NCBI GenBank assembly: GCA_031549925.1
Contig: JAVBPA010000033.1
Coordinates: 13,498 to 77,497, forward strand
DNA from: Eubacteriales bacterium
GTDB lineage: Bacteria; Bacillota; Clostridia; Oscillospirales; CAG-272
Direction of reading: 5' to 3'
Length of the DNA stretch: 64,000 nt
Positions 29,738-40,312 of the stretch are shown piece by piece; the stretch's first letter is position 1, and every line of letters begins with the position of its first letter. Under the pieces are notes generated by a model. It was not told the DNA's origin, searched no databases, and saw only the letters and a list, made by a program, of their open reading frames with translations. The translations under genes were made by a program, and so were the position numbers.

Positions 29738-29774
29738 TTACTTGTATATTTTTTACATAACAAAATTATTTTAC

Positions 29775-29800
29775 CGCCGGCATTGCCGGCGATTTTTTCT
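29775..29800 (+). terminator. spoVM terminator
   Basis: CGCCGGCA-t-TGCCGGCG followed by ATTTTTT. Confidence 0.75.
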
Positions 29801-30041
29801 TTTTTTGGCTATTTTTTTAATTCAATGTAAAATCACAATTTTAATAAATAATTTTCTTTTAAATGTTTTTACAAAGGAAATAATAAAAAAATCCGGAAAG
29901 AATTTTAATGTAAAAAGAGAATGTGGACTAATTTTTAATTCTGTTTAAAACACTTGTAATAAATAGACAAAACTGTTATACTGTCATATATCTGTATACA
30001 AGATTTATTTTTGATTAAAATAAATGGAGAATATTTAAAAC

Positions 30042-31340
30042 ATGAAAACATCCCGCATAAAAAAAGCGATAGAAAACGGTTTATTTGATAATATATTCAA
30101 AAATCTTTATGGTGAAGATTTGATTTTATATCAGTGTGCCCGATATAAAAATGCTGTTATTTCATTTGAAAATATATACGGCAATGCGGGAGAGGATTCC
30201 GATGTCTCCGTTTTTTCCGTACCGGGCAGAACAGAAGTATCAGGAAATCATACCGATCATAATAACGGTTGTGTTCTTGCGGCTGCCGTTAATTTGGATA
30301 TAATAGCGATAGCTCAAAAAACAGATGATAATATTATCAGGATTAAAAGCGAAGGTTTTTGTGAAGATATAGTTTCGCTTGACGATATTAAAATACGTGA
30401 TGATAAAAAATTTACATCAGCCGCTATAATTGCGGGTGTTTGCGATGGATTTATGAAAGAAGGGTTTTTGACAGGAGGCTTTAACGCTTATACAACAAAT
30501 GATGTCGCTAAAGGTTCCGGATTATCTTCTTCCGCCGCTTTCGAAGTTATGTGCGGTAATATCTTAAACCATTTATATAATAATGCGGCTGTTTCCGCTT
30601 CTGTTATTGCGAAAATTTCTCAATACGCCGAAAATGAATACTTTGGAAAACCCTGCGGACTTATGGATCAAACAGCCTGTGCCGTGGGCGGATTTGTCGA
30701 AATCGATTTTTTCGATTCTAAAAATCCTGTTATAAATAAAATGTCGTTTGATTTGCAAGAAGCCGGTTATAACCTGTGTATAACGAATACGGGAGGAAAC
30801 CATGCCGATTTAAATGATGATTACGCTTCGGTTCCTGCCGAAATGAAAGCGGTTGCCGATTATTTCGGAAAGAACACTCTCCGCGGAATTGAAATGAACG
30901 ATATTTTGCAAAACATACAAAAATTAAGAGAAATAAACGGTGACAGAGCGATACTTCGCGCTTTACATTTTATTAATGAAAATAAGAGGGTAAACTCTCA
31001 AGCGAAAGCTTTGCGCAGCGGAGATTTTTCCGCGTTTCTTGACGAAGTTAACGCTTCCGGAAAATCAAGCTTTATGTGGCTGCAAAATGTTTATACAACT
31101 AAAAATATAAAAGAACAAGGAATATCTCTGGCATTGGCGATTTCAGAAGCCGTTCTTTCTGATTCGGGAAAAAAATACGGAGTCAGAGTACACGGCGGAG
31201 GATTTGCCGGAACTATAGCCGCTTTTGTACCGAATGAATACTGTTTGGAATATAAAAAAGAAATGGAATCAGTTTTCGGTCAAAATACATGTATGACTTT
31301 AAAAATCCGCGAAGCCGGAGCTATAAAAATCGATTTATAA
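30042..31340 (+). CDS. galK: Galactokinase
   Basis: PGRTEVSGNHTDH, GSGLSSSAA, GKPCGLMDQ, RVHGGGFAG. Confidence 0.88.
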   Translation: MKTSRIKKAIENGLFDNIFKNLYGEDLILYQCARYKNAVISFENIYGNAGEDSDVSVFSVPGRTEVSGNHTDHNNGCVLAAAVNLDIIAIAQKTDDNIIRIKSEGFCEDIVSLDDIKIRDDKKFTSAAIIAGVCDGFMKEGFLTGGFNAYTTNDVAKGSGLSSSAAFEVMCGNILNHLYNNAAVSASVIAKISQYAENEYFGKPCGLMDQTACAVGGFVEIDFFDSKNPVINKMSFDLQEAGYNLCITNTGGNHADLNDDYASVPAEMKAVADYFGKNTLRGIEMNDILQNIQKLREINGDRAILRALHFINENKRVNSQAKALRSGDFSAFLDEVNASGKSSFMWLQNVYTTKNIKEQGISLALAISEAVLSDSGKKYGVRVHGGGFAGTIAAFVPNEYCLEYKKEMESVFGQNTCMTLKIREAGAIKIDL

Positions 31341-31404
31341 AAATATTATTGTGTTTTTTATACAAATTTATTTATTGTTGAATATGGCATAAGAAAGAAT
31401 TCAA

Positions 31405-31818
31405 ATGAAAAAAAATAAAAAAAACCGAAATATAATAAAAAATAATAATTCAAACCAAAGTAAAGCTAAAAGAATGAAAGCTCTTAAAAGGATTGGATTA
31501 TTAATAGTTTCTTTTATTGTGATTTACGGAATATATCATGCTTTTAATATAATGCAGATAAAAATTATCGTTTATTTTTATTATGCTGTTCTTTTTATAT
31601 CCCTGATTGCTTTTATTGTTTTGAACAGAGGAATTGATACAAAACTTCCCGAATATGACGAACTTCCGGATGATTGGGATAATGAAAGAAAAAATATATA
31701 TCTGCAGACAGAAACAAAAAAACGAAATATCGGACAAAAATTTATGTATGTTATAATACCCATTTTAATCACATTCGGCGTTGATCTTGTCTTAATGAAC
31801 TTTTTTGAAAATAAATAG
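31405..31818 (+). CDS. Hypothetical membrane protein (3 TM)
   Basis: Open frame in operon context with hydrophobic segments. Confidence 0.65.
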   Translation: MKKNKKNRNIIKNNNSNQSKAKRMKALKRIGLLIVSFIVIYGIYHAFNIMQIKIIVYFYYAVLFISLIAFIVLNRGIDTKLPEYDELPDDWDNERKNIYLQTETKKRNIGQKFMYVIIPILITFGVDLVLMNFFENK

Positions 31819-31835
31819 AAGCAGTAGTTATATAT

Positions 31836-32639
31836 ATGACAATAATTGATAAAACAGAAGACTGTTCATATCCGGAAGTATGGACGCTTTTTTCCGGAAG
31901 CAGCGGTAACAGCGTTTATATAAAACACGGAGATACGAAAATTTTAATTGACGCTGGAATGGCAGCTTCCTCCGTCGAAGCTTCTCTTAATAAAATAGGA
32001 GCTTCACTAAAAGAAATAGCGGCGATATTTATAACGCATGAACATTCCGATCACATACGAGGAACCGGAGTTATCGTTCGGAGATATAACAAGGGTATTG
32101 AAGTTCACGCAGCTTCTCCTACTTCAGATTTCATTGAATGCGGAAACGGTAATTTAAAAGTACATACACCCCAATATGAATACAGCATTGGATCCCTTGT
32201 AATATCTTCATTCAGAACCCCGCACGACAGCAGTATGAGCGTCGGTTACGTCGTAAGAGGAGAAGGAGGGTTTTCAGCCGCGGTCGCAACTGATTTAGGA
32301 TGTATTACAGATAATGTTTTAAAAAATCTTGTGAGATGTAATAATGTAATTCTGGAATCAAATCATGATATTGATATGCTGATGAGAGGACCTTATCCTC
32401 AGAATTTAAAGAGGCGTATAATGTCAAGAAACGGCCATTTATCAAATGCGGAATGTTCGGAGGTTGTCTGCGCTCTTTCACGCAGCGGAGTTGAAAATAT
32501 ACTGCTCGCACATTTAAGTCCGGAAAATAATATGCCGTCACTGGCGCTTGAAACATCGGCGGCTGCGCTTGAAAAATATAATCTTCGTCATACAACAATA
32601 GGTGTAGCTTCACCCTTTTTACCGACAAGGCTTATATAA
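31836..32639 (+). CDS. MBL-fold metallo-hydrolase (YycJ/WalJ-like)
   Basis: SGSSGN, THEHSDH, ESNHD, GHLSN, HLS.ENN; adjacent to rlmH as is usual. Confidence 0.88.
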   Translation: MTIIDKTEDCSYPEVWTLFSGSSGNSVYIKHGDTKILIDAGMAASSVEASLNKIGASLKEIAAIFITHEHSDHIRGTGVIVRRYNKGIEVHAASPTSDFIECGNGNLKVHTPQYEYSIGSLVISSFRTPHDSSMSVGYVVRGEGGFSAAVATDLGCITDNVLKNLVRCNNVILESNHDIDMLMRGPYPQNLKRRIMSRNGHLSNAECSEVVCALSRSGVENILLAHLSPENNMPSLALETSAAALEKYNLRHTTIGVASPFLPTRLI

Positions 32640-32640
32640 A

Positions 32641-33069
32641 ATGTTTACAATAAATATTGTCGCCGCCGGAGATTTAAAAGAAGAATTTTATCGGGCAGCC
32701 GCCGCGGAATATATAAAAATGCTCTCCGCGTATGCTAAAACCAATATTATTCAAACTTCTGACATTGCAAATAAAATGATTGAAGCAATACCTCATAAAT
32801 CTTATAAAATCGCATTATGTGTTGAAGGCGCGGCTATGCCGTCCGAAGCTTTTGCGGAAAAAATCGAGAAAGCCATGATAAACGGATATTCGTCCGTTAC
32901 ATTTGTTATCGGAGGAAGCGAGGGGCTTGACGAATCCGTAAAAAGCCTTTGTGATATGCGTCTTTCATTTTCACAAATGACTTTTCCCCATAGGCTGATG
33001 CGTATAATACTGCTCGAACAGATATACCGGGCGTTTACAATTATAAACGGAAAAACATACCACAAATAA
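32641..33069 (+). CDS. rlmH: 23S rRNA pseudouridine-1915 N3-methyltransferase
   Basis: FVIGGSEGL, SFSQMTFPH.LMRIILLEQIYRAF, YHK end. Confidence 0.93.
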   Translation: MFTINIVAAGDLKEEFYRAAAAEYIKMLSAYAKTNIIQTSDIANKMIEAIPHKSYKIALCVEGAAMPSEAFAEKIEKAMINGYSSVTFVIGGSEGLDESVKSLCDMRLSFSQMTFPHRLMRIILLEQIYRAFTIINGKTYHK

Positions 33070-33088
33070 AATATCGATAGATTTAAAA

Positions 33089-34720
33089 ATGAATATAATA
33101 AAAAAGATTTCGGGAACATTGACCGCTTTGATTGTAATGGCGGTTATTGCGGCAGCGGTTATATTATATCAAGCCGGTTATTATGATTTTACATTTATTC
33201 CGAGGAACACTTCGGAAAATAAAAACAATTTTGATAACAATGTAACAGCTCAGCCAGAAAAAGAAGAGACATTTTTAACCGAAGGCGATAATTTAAAAGA
33301 TGTTTACGACATTTCAGACATTGAAAAGGAATATTCAGATAATAAAACTAATGATTCAAAAAATTCTGAAACAAAAACTTCTTCCATATCAATACCCTAC
33401 ACAAGCACTCTTGCGTCTCTCGGATATTCTATATCAAGAACGGGTACATATAATTCATATAACTATAAAATCGGACAAATAGAAACCCTGATTAATTTCC
33501 CCAAAATAATAAACAATGAAGACGGACAAAATGTATTATCCGTTTATATGGGTTATATATTGTATAATGACGGAGCTAATATTTCGGCTCTTCTTTCAGA
33601 CGGAACGGTGGCTGTTGCCGGAATCGAAAAACTTCAGCGTACATATTTGCGTGATGCAGAAGGTAATCCGCTTTTTGGTTATGAGGGAAAGTATTACAGG
33701 CTTGTACCAGGAACAAATACAATGGAAGAAGTACAGATTGATCCGCTTTTTGCTCCTTCATTGATATACGACAGTGTATATAAAAATATATCTTTAAATA
33801 AAGTTGGATTATTCCGTTTCTACACGATAGCCGAAGAAGAAAGAAAAATCGATAGCTCAGGAAAAGATATAACCGAAAGCATAGACCATAAATTATCTGA
33901 AGCTGTAAAAGATAACAAAGATATAGAAGATCCTGAAGTATACGCTAAACTTAAAATACCGGATTATACAATAGAATACAGAGACTGTTTACGTTGGGGG
34001 TATACAGATTCACGCGGAAACGTGATCATTGACGCAAAATATTATTATGCTTCAGATTTTGACGAATATGGGTACGCGGTGGTCGCCGAAAGATACGGTG
34101 TCGCTTCTATTATAAATAAAAACGGTTCGGTTGTTGTAAATCTGAATTCCAGAATTTTATATCCGGAAGACAGAAACCGCCGTCCGATATTTGAAAATTA
34201 TTATTTGCCGGAACAAACTGTATCTCCTTCGGATTTCGGGCTTGATATATCCTCAGGATACATCGGTTATTATGAAGGATTGTCTAAAATCGGAATGTTC
34301 AGTTTTGATCACGGATTTATACGTATGCGTTATATGAGATACGATTATAAAAATGAAACCGAAGTTGTACGTGATGAAGAGGTTTTAATAAAGGCTGACG
34401 GAACAAGGTTTAATATTCCAGCGGATTATAAACTTATAGCGTATTCCGATGGGATATTATTGCTCGAAAAAGACGGATTTTACGGATATTTAGATTATAC
34501 AGGTAAATGGATTATCCAGCCTATTTATACATATGCGCAGCCGTTTATGCAGGGGCTCGCGGTTTTAGGCTTTGCCGACGGAAGAAAAGCAATAATTGAT
34601 ACTGAAGGAAATTTGGTTCTTCCCTTTAATTATACTCATATATCTAATGCTTCATCGGGGGTTATCACGGCTTTCGGCGAAGGAAGATGGTATATATTGA
34701 ATATCATGTCCAAATCATAA
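33089..34720 (+). CDS. Membrane-anchored WG-repeat protein
   Basis: N-terminal TM; WGYTDSRGNVII, YGYLDYTGKWII..Y..A.PF..GLA repeats. Confidence 0.8.
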   Translation: MNIIKKISGTLTALIVMAVIAAAVILYQAGYYDFTFIPRNTSENKNNFDNNVTAQPEKEETFLTEGDNLKDVYDISDIEKEYSDNKTNDSKNSETKTSSISIPYTSTLASLGYSISRTGTYNSYNYKIGQIETLINFPKIINNEDGQNVLSVYMGYILYNDGANISALLSDGTVAVAGIEKLQRTYLRDAEGNPLFGYEGKYYRLVPGTNTMEEVQIDPLFAPSLIYDSVYKNISLNKVGLFRFYTIAEEERKIDSSGKDITESIDHKLSEAVKDNKDIEDPEVYAKLKIPDYTIEYRDCLRWGYTDSRGNVIIDAKYYYASDFDEYGYAVVAERYGVASIINKNGSVVVNLNSRILYPEDRNRRPIFENYYLPEQTVSPSDFGLDISSGYIGYYEGLSKIGMFSFDHGFIRMRYMRYDYKNETEVVRDEEVLIKADGTRFNIPADYKLIAYSDGILLLEKDGFYGYLDYTGKWIIQPIYTYAQPFMQGLAVLGFADGRKAIIDTEGNLVLPFNYTHISNASSGVITAFGEGRWYILNIMSKS

Positions 34721-34742
34721 AAATATAAGAGGTATATAAATT

Positions 34743-36176
34743 ATGAAGAGTTTTAGTTCCATATTGGTTTTAATTTTTATGCTGACATGTTTCTTTGCGG
34801 CATCATGTTCTGAAAAAGCGAACGAGACTGATACGACAGCTCCTGTTACAAATGAAATTACAGAGGATATGACTGAACGAATACCTGATGAACTGCCTGA
34901 AATAAATTATGACGGTGATGAAATACGCATATTGACTTCATGCTGGTCAAATAAAGATTTAAATGCTGAAGAACAAACCGCGGATACAATGAACGATGCA
35001 ATCTATGCAAGAAATTTAAAAGTACAGGAGAGATTCAATGTTGTTATCAAACCGGTGCTTGAAAGCGGATCCGAAAACGATTTTGGTCCGGCAATGAACG
35101 CTTTCAGAAAAGCTGTCGCGACCGCCGATGATATTTATCACGCTTTTTATACTATACAGGCAGTTGCGATTACAGACGCTACAAATAATATACTTGTAGA
35201 TTTGTATGAACTTGATAACATAAATTTATCGAAACCATGGTGGGACAGCGGTATTTATGACGTTTGTATCGGAGATAAAGTGTTTTTTGCCACAGGTGCG
35301 ATACATTTATCAACCTCCAGTTACACAACATTGATTGCGTTTAATAAAAATTTGTTCCGCGAATGGAATATAGAATACCCGTATGGGCTTGTATCCGGCG
35401 GGGAATGGAGTTACGATAATTTTATTTCTATAATAAAAGATACCCAGCGTGATTTAAACGGAGATTCTAAAATTGATATAGACAACGATTTATACAGCAT
35501 AGGGGGATGGCAGTACGAAGTCGGATATAATTTTCACACTTCTCTCGGAGGAAATGAAGTAATAAAAAATTCCGAGGGTGAGCTTGAAATAAATATTTTA
35601 AACGAAAATTCTATAAAAGCATTGCAAAGGACAATAGATATTTTCGCCGATTACGGCGGTTTTTATAATAACGTTGAATACGGACGCGACAGAAAACTTT
35701 TTAAATCAAGCCGGCTTTTGATGCTTGACGCCAGGTTTATGGAAATAGAAGCTCTGCGTGATATGGAAGATGATTTCGGTATGCTCCCTCATCCGAGAGC
35801 GGAAGCGGGAGAAGCCGTTTACACTCAGCTTGTAAACAGCAATGTTGCGACGGTTGTGGTGGTTCCTGTAACAAATCAAGATTTGGAAATGACCGGAATA
35901 ATTTTAGAAGCATTGGCTTCTGAATCATATTATGAAATAGTTCCGGTTTACAGTGAAGTTATGCTTAGAATAAAATTAACCCGCGATTCAGAATCCGAAG
36001 AAATGCTCGATTTTATTTGGAATAATAGAACATACCGGTATGGGCTTGAAACATATAATGATGTAATCAGAGACCTTATAGCCAAGAAAGATTATAATTT
36101 TGTTTCAAAATATGAAAGACTAAATACAAAAGCTTTGCGAGAAATAGAAAAAATATCAAAAACATTTAATAATTGA
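34743..36176 (+). CDS. Orphan extracellular solute-binding lipoprotein (sugar type), paralogue 1
   Basis: Lipobox AASC; LSKPWWD, DLNGDSK, DFGMLP, RDSESEEMLD. Confidence 0.82.
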   Translation: MKSFSSILVLIFMLTCFFAASCSEKANETDTTAPVTNEITEDMTERIPDELPEINYDGDEIRILTSCWSNKDLNAEEQTADTMNDAIYARNLKVQERFNVVIKPVLESGSENDFGPAMNAFRKAVATADDIYHAFYTIQAVAITDATNNILVDLYELDNINLSKPWWDSGIYDVCIGDKVFFATGAIHLSTSSYTTLIAFNKNLFREWNIEYPYGLVSGGEWSYDNFISIIKDTQRDLNGDSKIDIDNDLYSIGGWQYEVGYNFHTSLGGNEVIKNSEGELEINILNENSIKALQRTIDIFADYGGFYNNVEYGRDRKLFKSSRLLMLDARFMEIEALRDMEDDFGMLPHPRAEAGEAVYTQLVNSNVATVVVVPVTNQDLEMTGIILEALASESYYEIVPVYSEVMLRIKLTRDSESEEMLDFIWNNRTYRYGLETYNDVIRDLIAKKDYNFVSKYERLNTKALREIEKISKTFNN

Positions 36177-36184
36177 TAATATTT

Positions 36185-36230
36185 AAAACTCTAATTTTTC
36201 TGAAATAATTTTAGAATATTAGAGTTTTTT
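36185..36230 (+). terminator. Intrinsic terminator
   Basis: AAAACTCTAAT...ATTAGAGTTTTTT. Confidence 0.7.
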
Positions 36231-36306
36231 ACTTGATTTCCTGCGGAATTTCCCATCTTTAAACTGTGGTTTATTGGATTCGCAGGATTTTTTTGCTTTA
36301 CATTGC

Positions 36307-36335
36307 TTGACAATTGTAGATGTTGATGATATAAT
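36307..36335 (+). promoter_or_regulatory. sigmaA promoter
   Basis: TTGACA-17 bp-TATAAT with TG extended -10. Confidence 0.8.
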
Positions 36336-36386
36336 AATTAAATATACAAATTATGCGTATTAGGAAGGAAAGGGAGAAAAAATTCA

Positions 36387-39230
36387 ATGAAAGAAAAAAT
36401 AAAATATTATTTTCAGATGAACATTAAACCGGCGGTTAAAAATATATTTTTTAATTTTCGTGCAAATATATTTTTTTTCTGTGTTATTTTTATTCTTCAG
36501 ATAATAATGGGGAGCGTTATATGTGCCCAGTCGTCGAATAAAACCCTTGATGAAAGACGCATAAGAGAAGAATATGATTATCATATATTATTTCGCGGAG
36601 TAAGCCGTTATTGGTCGGAAATGCTGGTTTATTGGGAAGATCGTTATTATATGAGAGGTAACGGCGAATATGAAATTCTAAAATATGAAGAAGTACAAAT
36701 CGGAGGGGAAGAACCCGTTTGGGATTTTTATATAAAACTCAGCGGAGGCCGTGACGAAGAAGACGATTTAAACATAGTTTACTGGGGCTTTATATCACAA
36801 TTTAAAAATGTTGTAACGACTAGTACTACAGATGCGTCAATGTATGTATCACCGCTTTTTTACAAGGATGCCGAATATCGCTTTTCAACATTATTTTTTT
36901 GGATTGTTGAAGAATTAACAAAGCACAAACCGTCTGTCAGCACTATTTTCGGAATTGATGTTCCATATGAAAACAAACCTCTGTTCGGAATATTTTGGAA
37001 TTATTTATATGACAGCGGAGATGTTGTTTTTATCGCAACAATTATAATTTTAATTATAGTTGCTTTTATAATTATGATTATATTATTATCGGTCCGCCAA
37101 AACCATCATAAATTTAATTATGGGATATTTATGACATACGGAGCCGATTCTAAAAAGCTTTTTCATTTAGCGGTTTGGGAAACATTGCTTGTTATCGGAA
37201 TAACTCTTATTCCTGCATATATAATGGCAGCTTTTATAAATATGCTGCTTCACTTTTCATCTTCTATCGGATATATAATTAAACTTGATGGAATAATCAT
37301 AACATTTATACTAACAGTTATGATAACGCTGGCAGCTCAGTTTATAACGGTTAAAAAAATGGCGAAACAACAAATAATTACACTTTTATACGCCGAAAAT
37401 AATTCTAACATGGTATCTTCCCCGCGTATGTCATTCGAATTTTATGGACTTAAATTTCCTCTTAAATATGTTGCTTATTCATTTTGGCGTTTTAGGAAAT
37501 ATTATATTCCTTTGGTTATTACGGCTGCAGGATATTGTGCTATATTTGTCTGCGGTATATATTTTACTTTTATGTACACAAACGCATTAAATTCGTCTGT
37601 TGAACCTCAGTTTACAATTACTATTCCGGCTACAGACTGGTATGATTACAATTATCTTGTTAAAGAAAAATTATTTGAAATAAACGGAGTTACCGATGTA
37701 GTATCCGAAATCAGTTCGATAGCTTCTGAAGTGGTTTCCCACATAGTTGTTGATCGAAAATTGGTAATGAAGGGAAACGGATTTACAAATGTTGTAAATG
37801 ATGAAAACTCAATGGCTACTAACGATTTTACCTATATCGCAGCGGATAAAAATATAGCTGACAGATTAAAAAATAAATTCGGAGAAGAAGCAATTGAATT
37901 TATCAACGACGAGAATTCTGTAACTGTTTCATTCACTAAAAACGAAATAAGGCAACTTGACATAAAAATAGGAGATAAAATAAAAATTGCAGATTTTATA
38001 GAAGCAAAAGGCGGAATAGATTTAGCTGATGATAATACAAAAATTTTGGAACAGCAGCTTTTGCAATATGATTTCAATTATGAAATATTTACAGTTTCTT
38101 CCGTTATAGAAGAAGAACGAACCGACAGCGCAATGCGTATTTATATAAATTATAATAAATATATGGAAATTGCGGGGGATACGAGAGCCGAACTCTTTTT
38201 ATCATTTGTTGCATTTAATCACGAACAAATCCGCGAAGCATATTTTCCGGTCGGAGAATATTACGAAGAGTATGTAGAGTATTATTTGTACACTGAAAAT
38301 AACCAGGAAATCGCTGCTGTAACGGATGTCACGTACCATACAACAGATGAATACGAATTATACGGACTTGAAAAAAAACCTTATACAGGAGATATAAACG
38401 CACCTCTTTTATATGAAAATAATATTATATTATCACGCTGTATAAACGGCAATAACGCATTGTCGGTTACGGTGGGAGATAAGATTAATATTGCGGTAAT
38501 AAATACAATAGCAAATTATCCGGACTCCTCGCTTACGGGGCTTGACAGACTGGAAAACCAAATATATAATAATGAATATGAATTTATGTCTTTTACCGTA
38601 GGCTGTATAATCGACGACCCGGATTCAAAAACTCTTGATATTTATTTTTCGCCTGATTCATATAAAGAAATAACCGGCAATTCGCAGCAATACGAAAATA
38701 TTTCGGTATATACCGACACAGGCAAAACCGATGTAAACTCTATATTTAATGATATCCGTCAATGGGGATATTTCTTCGGCAATTCTTCGATAAAGAATCA
38801 TAATACTTCGTTTAAAGCGGAAATGGAAAAAAACTATAATTATACTGGTTATATGATCATGATTTCCGCTGCGCTCGTTATAATAAGTATACCCGGAATA
38901 ATATATACGCAGCTTTTGTTTTATTATAAAAGAAGAGGTGAAATTAAATTGCTGCGGGTATACGGAGCTGTTGATTTTTCAATTAAAAAGCTTTTTTATT
39001 ATGATTTTATAATATATTCGTTATTGACGATAACTGTTTATCCGGTTTTTATAATTATTGGAATTATAAATATATTCAACGCGGCCCGCGGAATGGGAAC
39101 AATGCTGGCTTCATTTGAATTTCCTTTAGTTACATTTATATTGGGAATTGTTATATTAATTGCAGAAGGAATAATTTCGATATTACTTCCATATTTGATA
39201 TCTGAAAAAAATAATGATTACAAATTATAA
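36387..39230 (+). CDS. FtsX/MacB-like ABC permease
   Basis: Two FtsX-type TM modules (YGIFMTYGA..K.L and RRGEIKLLRVYGA) with large extracellular loops. Confidence 0.75.
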   Translation: MKEKIKYYFQMNIKPAVKNIFFNFRANIFFFCVIFILQIIMGSVICAQSSNKTLDERRIREEYDYHILFRGVSRYWSEMLVYWEDRYYMRGNGEYEILKYEEVQIGGEEPVWDFYIKLSGGRDEEDDLNIVYWGFISQFKNVVTTSTTDASMYVSPLFYKDAEYRFSTLFFWIVEELTKHKPSVSTIFGIDVPYENKPLFGIFWNYLYDSGDVVFIATIIILIIVAFIIMIILLSVRQNHHKFNYGIFMTYGADSKKLFHLAVWETLLVIGITLIPAYIMAAFINMLLHFSSSIGYIIKLDGIIITFILTVMITLAAQFITVKKMAKQQIITLLYAENNSNMVSSPRMSFEFYGLKFPLKYVAYSFWRFRKYYIPLVITAAGYCAIFVCGIYFTFMYTNALNSSVEPQFTITIPATDWYDYNYLVKEKLFEINGVTDVVSEISSIASEVVSHIVVDRKLVMKGNGFTNVVNDENSMATNDFTYIAADKNIADRLKNKFGEEAIEFINDENSVTVSFTKNEIRQLDIKIGDKIKIADFIEAKGGIDLADDNTKILEQQLLQYDFNYEIFTVSSVIEEERTDSAMRIYINYNKYMEIAGDTRAELFLSFVAFNHEQIREAYFPVGEYYEEYVEYYLYTENNQEIAAVTDVTYHTTDEYELYGLEKKPYTGDINAPLLYENNIILSRCINGNNALSVTVGDKINIAVINTIANYPDSSLTGLDRLENQIYNNEYEFMSFTVGCIIDDPDSKTLDIYFSPDSYKEITGNSQQYENISVYTDTGKTDVNSIFNDIRQWGYFFGNSSIKNHNTSFKAEMEKNYNYTGYMIMISAALVIISIPGIIYTQLLFYYKRRGEIKLLRVYGAVDFSIKKLFYYDFIIYSLLTITVYPVFIIIGIINIFNAARGMGTMLASFEFPLVTFILGIVILIAEGIISILLPYLISEKNNDYKL

Positions 39231-39244
39231 TTTGGAGGCGGCAT

Positions 39245-40312
39245 ATGTACAAAAATGAATACAGCGATATTCAATATTTAAAAAAAATCCCCAAAAAACC
39301 TGATTTTAATGCTTTGCTTGAAGTTATAGCAAAAAAACCTTCATCTAAACCTCGATTGTTTGAATTTTTTTTAAATGATGAATTATATAATGCTTTTTCT
39401 GATCCGCAAGATTATCAAGACATTGGAGATTGGTACCTGCGTCATTATTTAAGAAGTTTATCCGCTTATAAAAACGCCGGATATGATTATGTAGTGGTCG
39501 GAGGCGCGGGATTCGGTTATCCGAGAAAAGCTTCTCCTCACAGTGATCGTTCGTACTCTTTGAATGAAGTTGTTACTATCGCAAACCGAGAAGATTTTGA
39601 AAATTATAATTTTATGAATCCCGAAAATGAAAGTTATTATAAAATATACGATGATATAAAACCCTATCTCCCGGATGGTATGAAAGTTATAGGTCAGCAG
39701 CCCGGCGGATTGCTCGAAAATGTAATGGCTCTTTGCGGGTATGACGACTTGTGTTATAATTTATATGACGATACCAAACTGGTATTTGATATTTTTGATA
39801 CAATAGGAAAAAGTCTGATAACTTATACGAAACATATTGCGGAAAAAGAAAGCGTCGGTGCTATGATACTCAATGATGACTGGGGGTTTAACACGCAAAC
39901 GATGCTTGGACACGCCGATATGCGTAAATATGTTTTGCCTTATTTTAAAGAAATGATAAAAGTTTGCCATGATAACAACAAACCCGCAATTTTACATTCC
40001 TGCGGTAATTTGGCGGAACTATATGAAGATTTAATCGATATCGGACTTGATGCAAAACATTCATTTGAAGATGTTATTTGCCCGATTGAAACAATGTATG
40101 ACAAATACCGTTCCCGCCTTGCTTTGATGGGTGGAATAGACGTTAATTACATATGTGTAAATTCTTGTGAGGATGTTTACAAACGCACATTAGCTATGAT
40201 AGATAAAACTGTTTCCGGAGGAGGATGGGCGGTTGGTACAGGAAATTCTGTTCCATATTATGTTCCAAGCGGAGCTTATTGTTCAATGATAGCGGCAGCG
40301 CTTACTTATTAA
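39245..40312 (+). CDS. Uroporphyrinogen decarboxylase (URO-D)/methyltransferase family protein
   Basis: NDDWG, ILHSCG, HSFED, LMGGID, GTGNSVP. Confidence 0.85.
   Translation: MYKNEYSDIQYLKKIPKKPDFNALLEVIAKKPSSKPRLFEFFLNDELYNAFSDPQDYQDIGDWYLRHYLRSLSAYKNAGYDYVVVGGAGFGYPRKASPHSDRSYSLNEVVTIANREDFENYNFMNPENESYYKIYDDIKPYLPDGMKVIGQQPGGLLENVMALCGYDDLCYNLYDDTKLVFDIFDTIGKSLITYTKHIAEKESVGAMILNDDWGFNTQTMLGHADMRKYVLPYFKEMIKVCHDNNKPAILHSCGNLAELYEDLIDIGLDAKHSFEDVICPIETMYDKYRSRLALMGGIDVNYICVNSCEDVYKRTLAMIDKTVSGGGWAVGTGNSVPYYVPSGAYCSMIAAALTY

Noticed and set aside
29742-29948. 68-aa ORF after spoVM
   Set aside because: TTG start with no RBS, runs through the terminator and AT-rich spacer
33049-33069. rlmH (orfX) 3' end as an SCC-like attachment site
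   Set aside because: No recombinase downstream and no convincing second copy of the terminal sequence; the next gene starts 19 bp later
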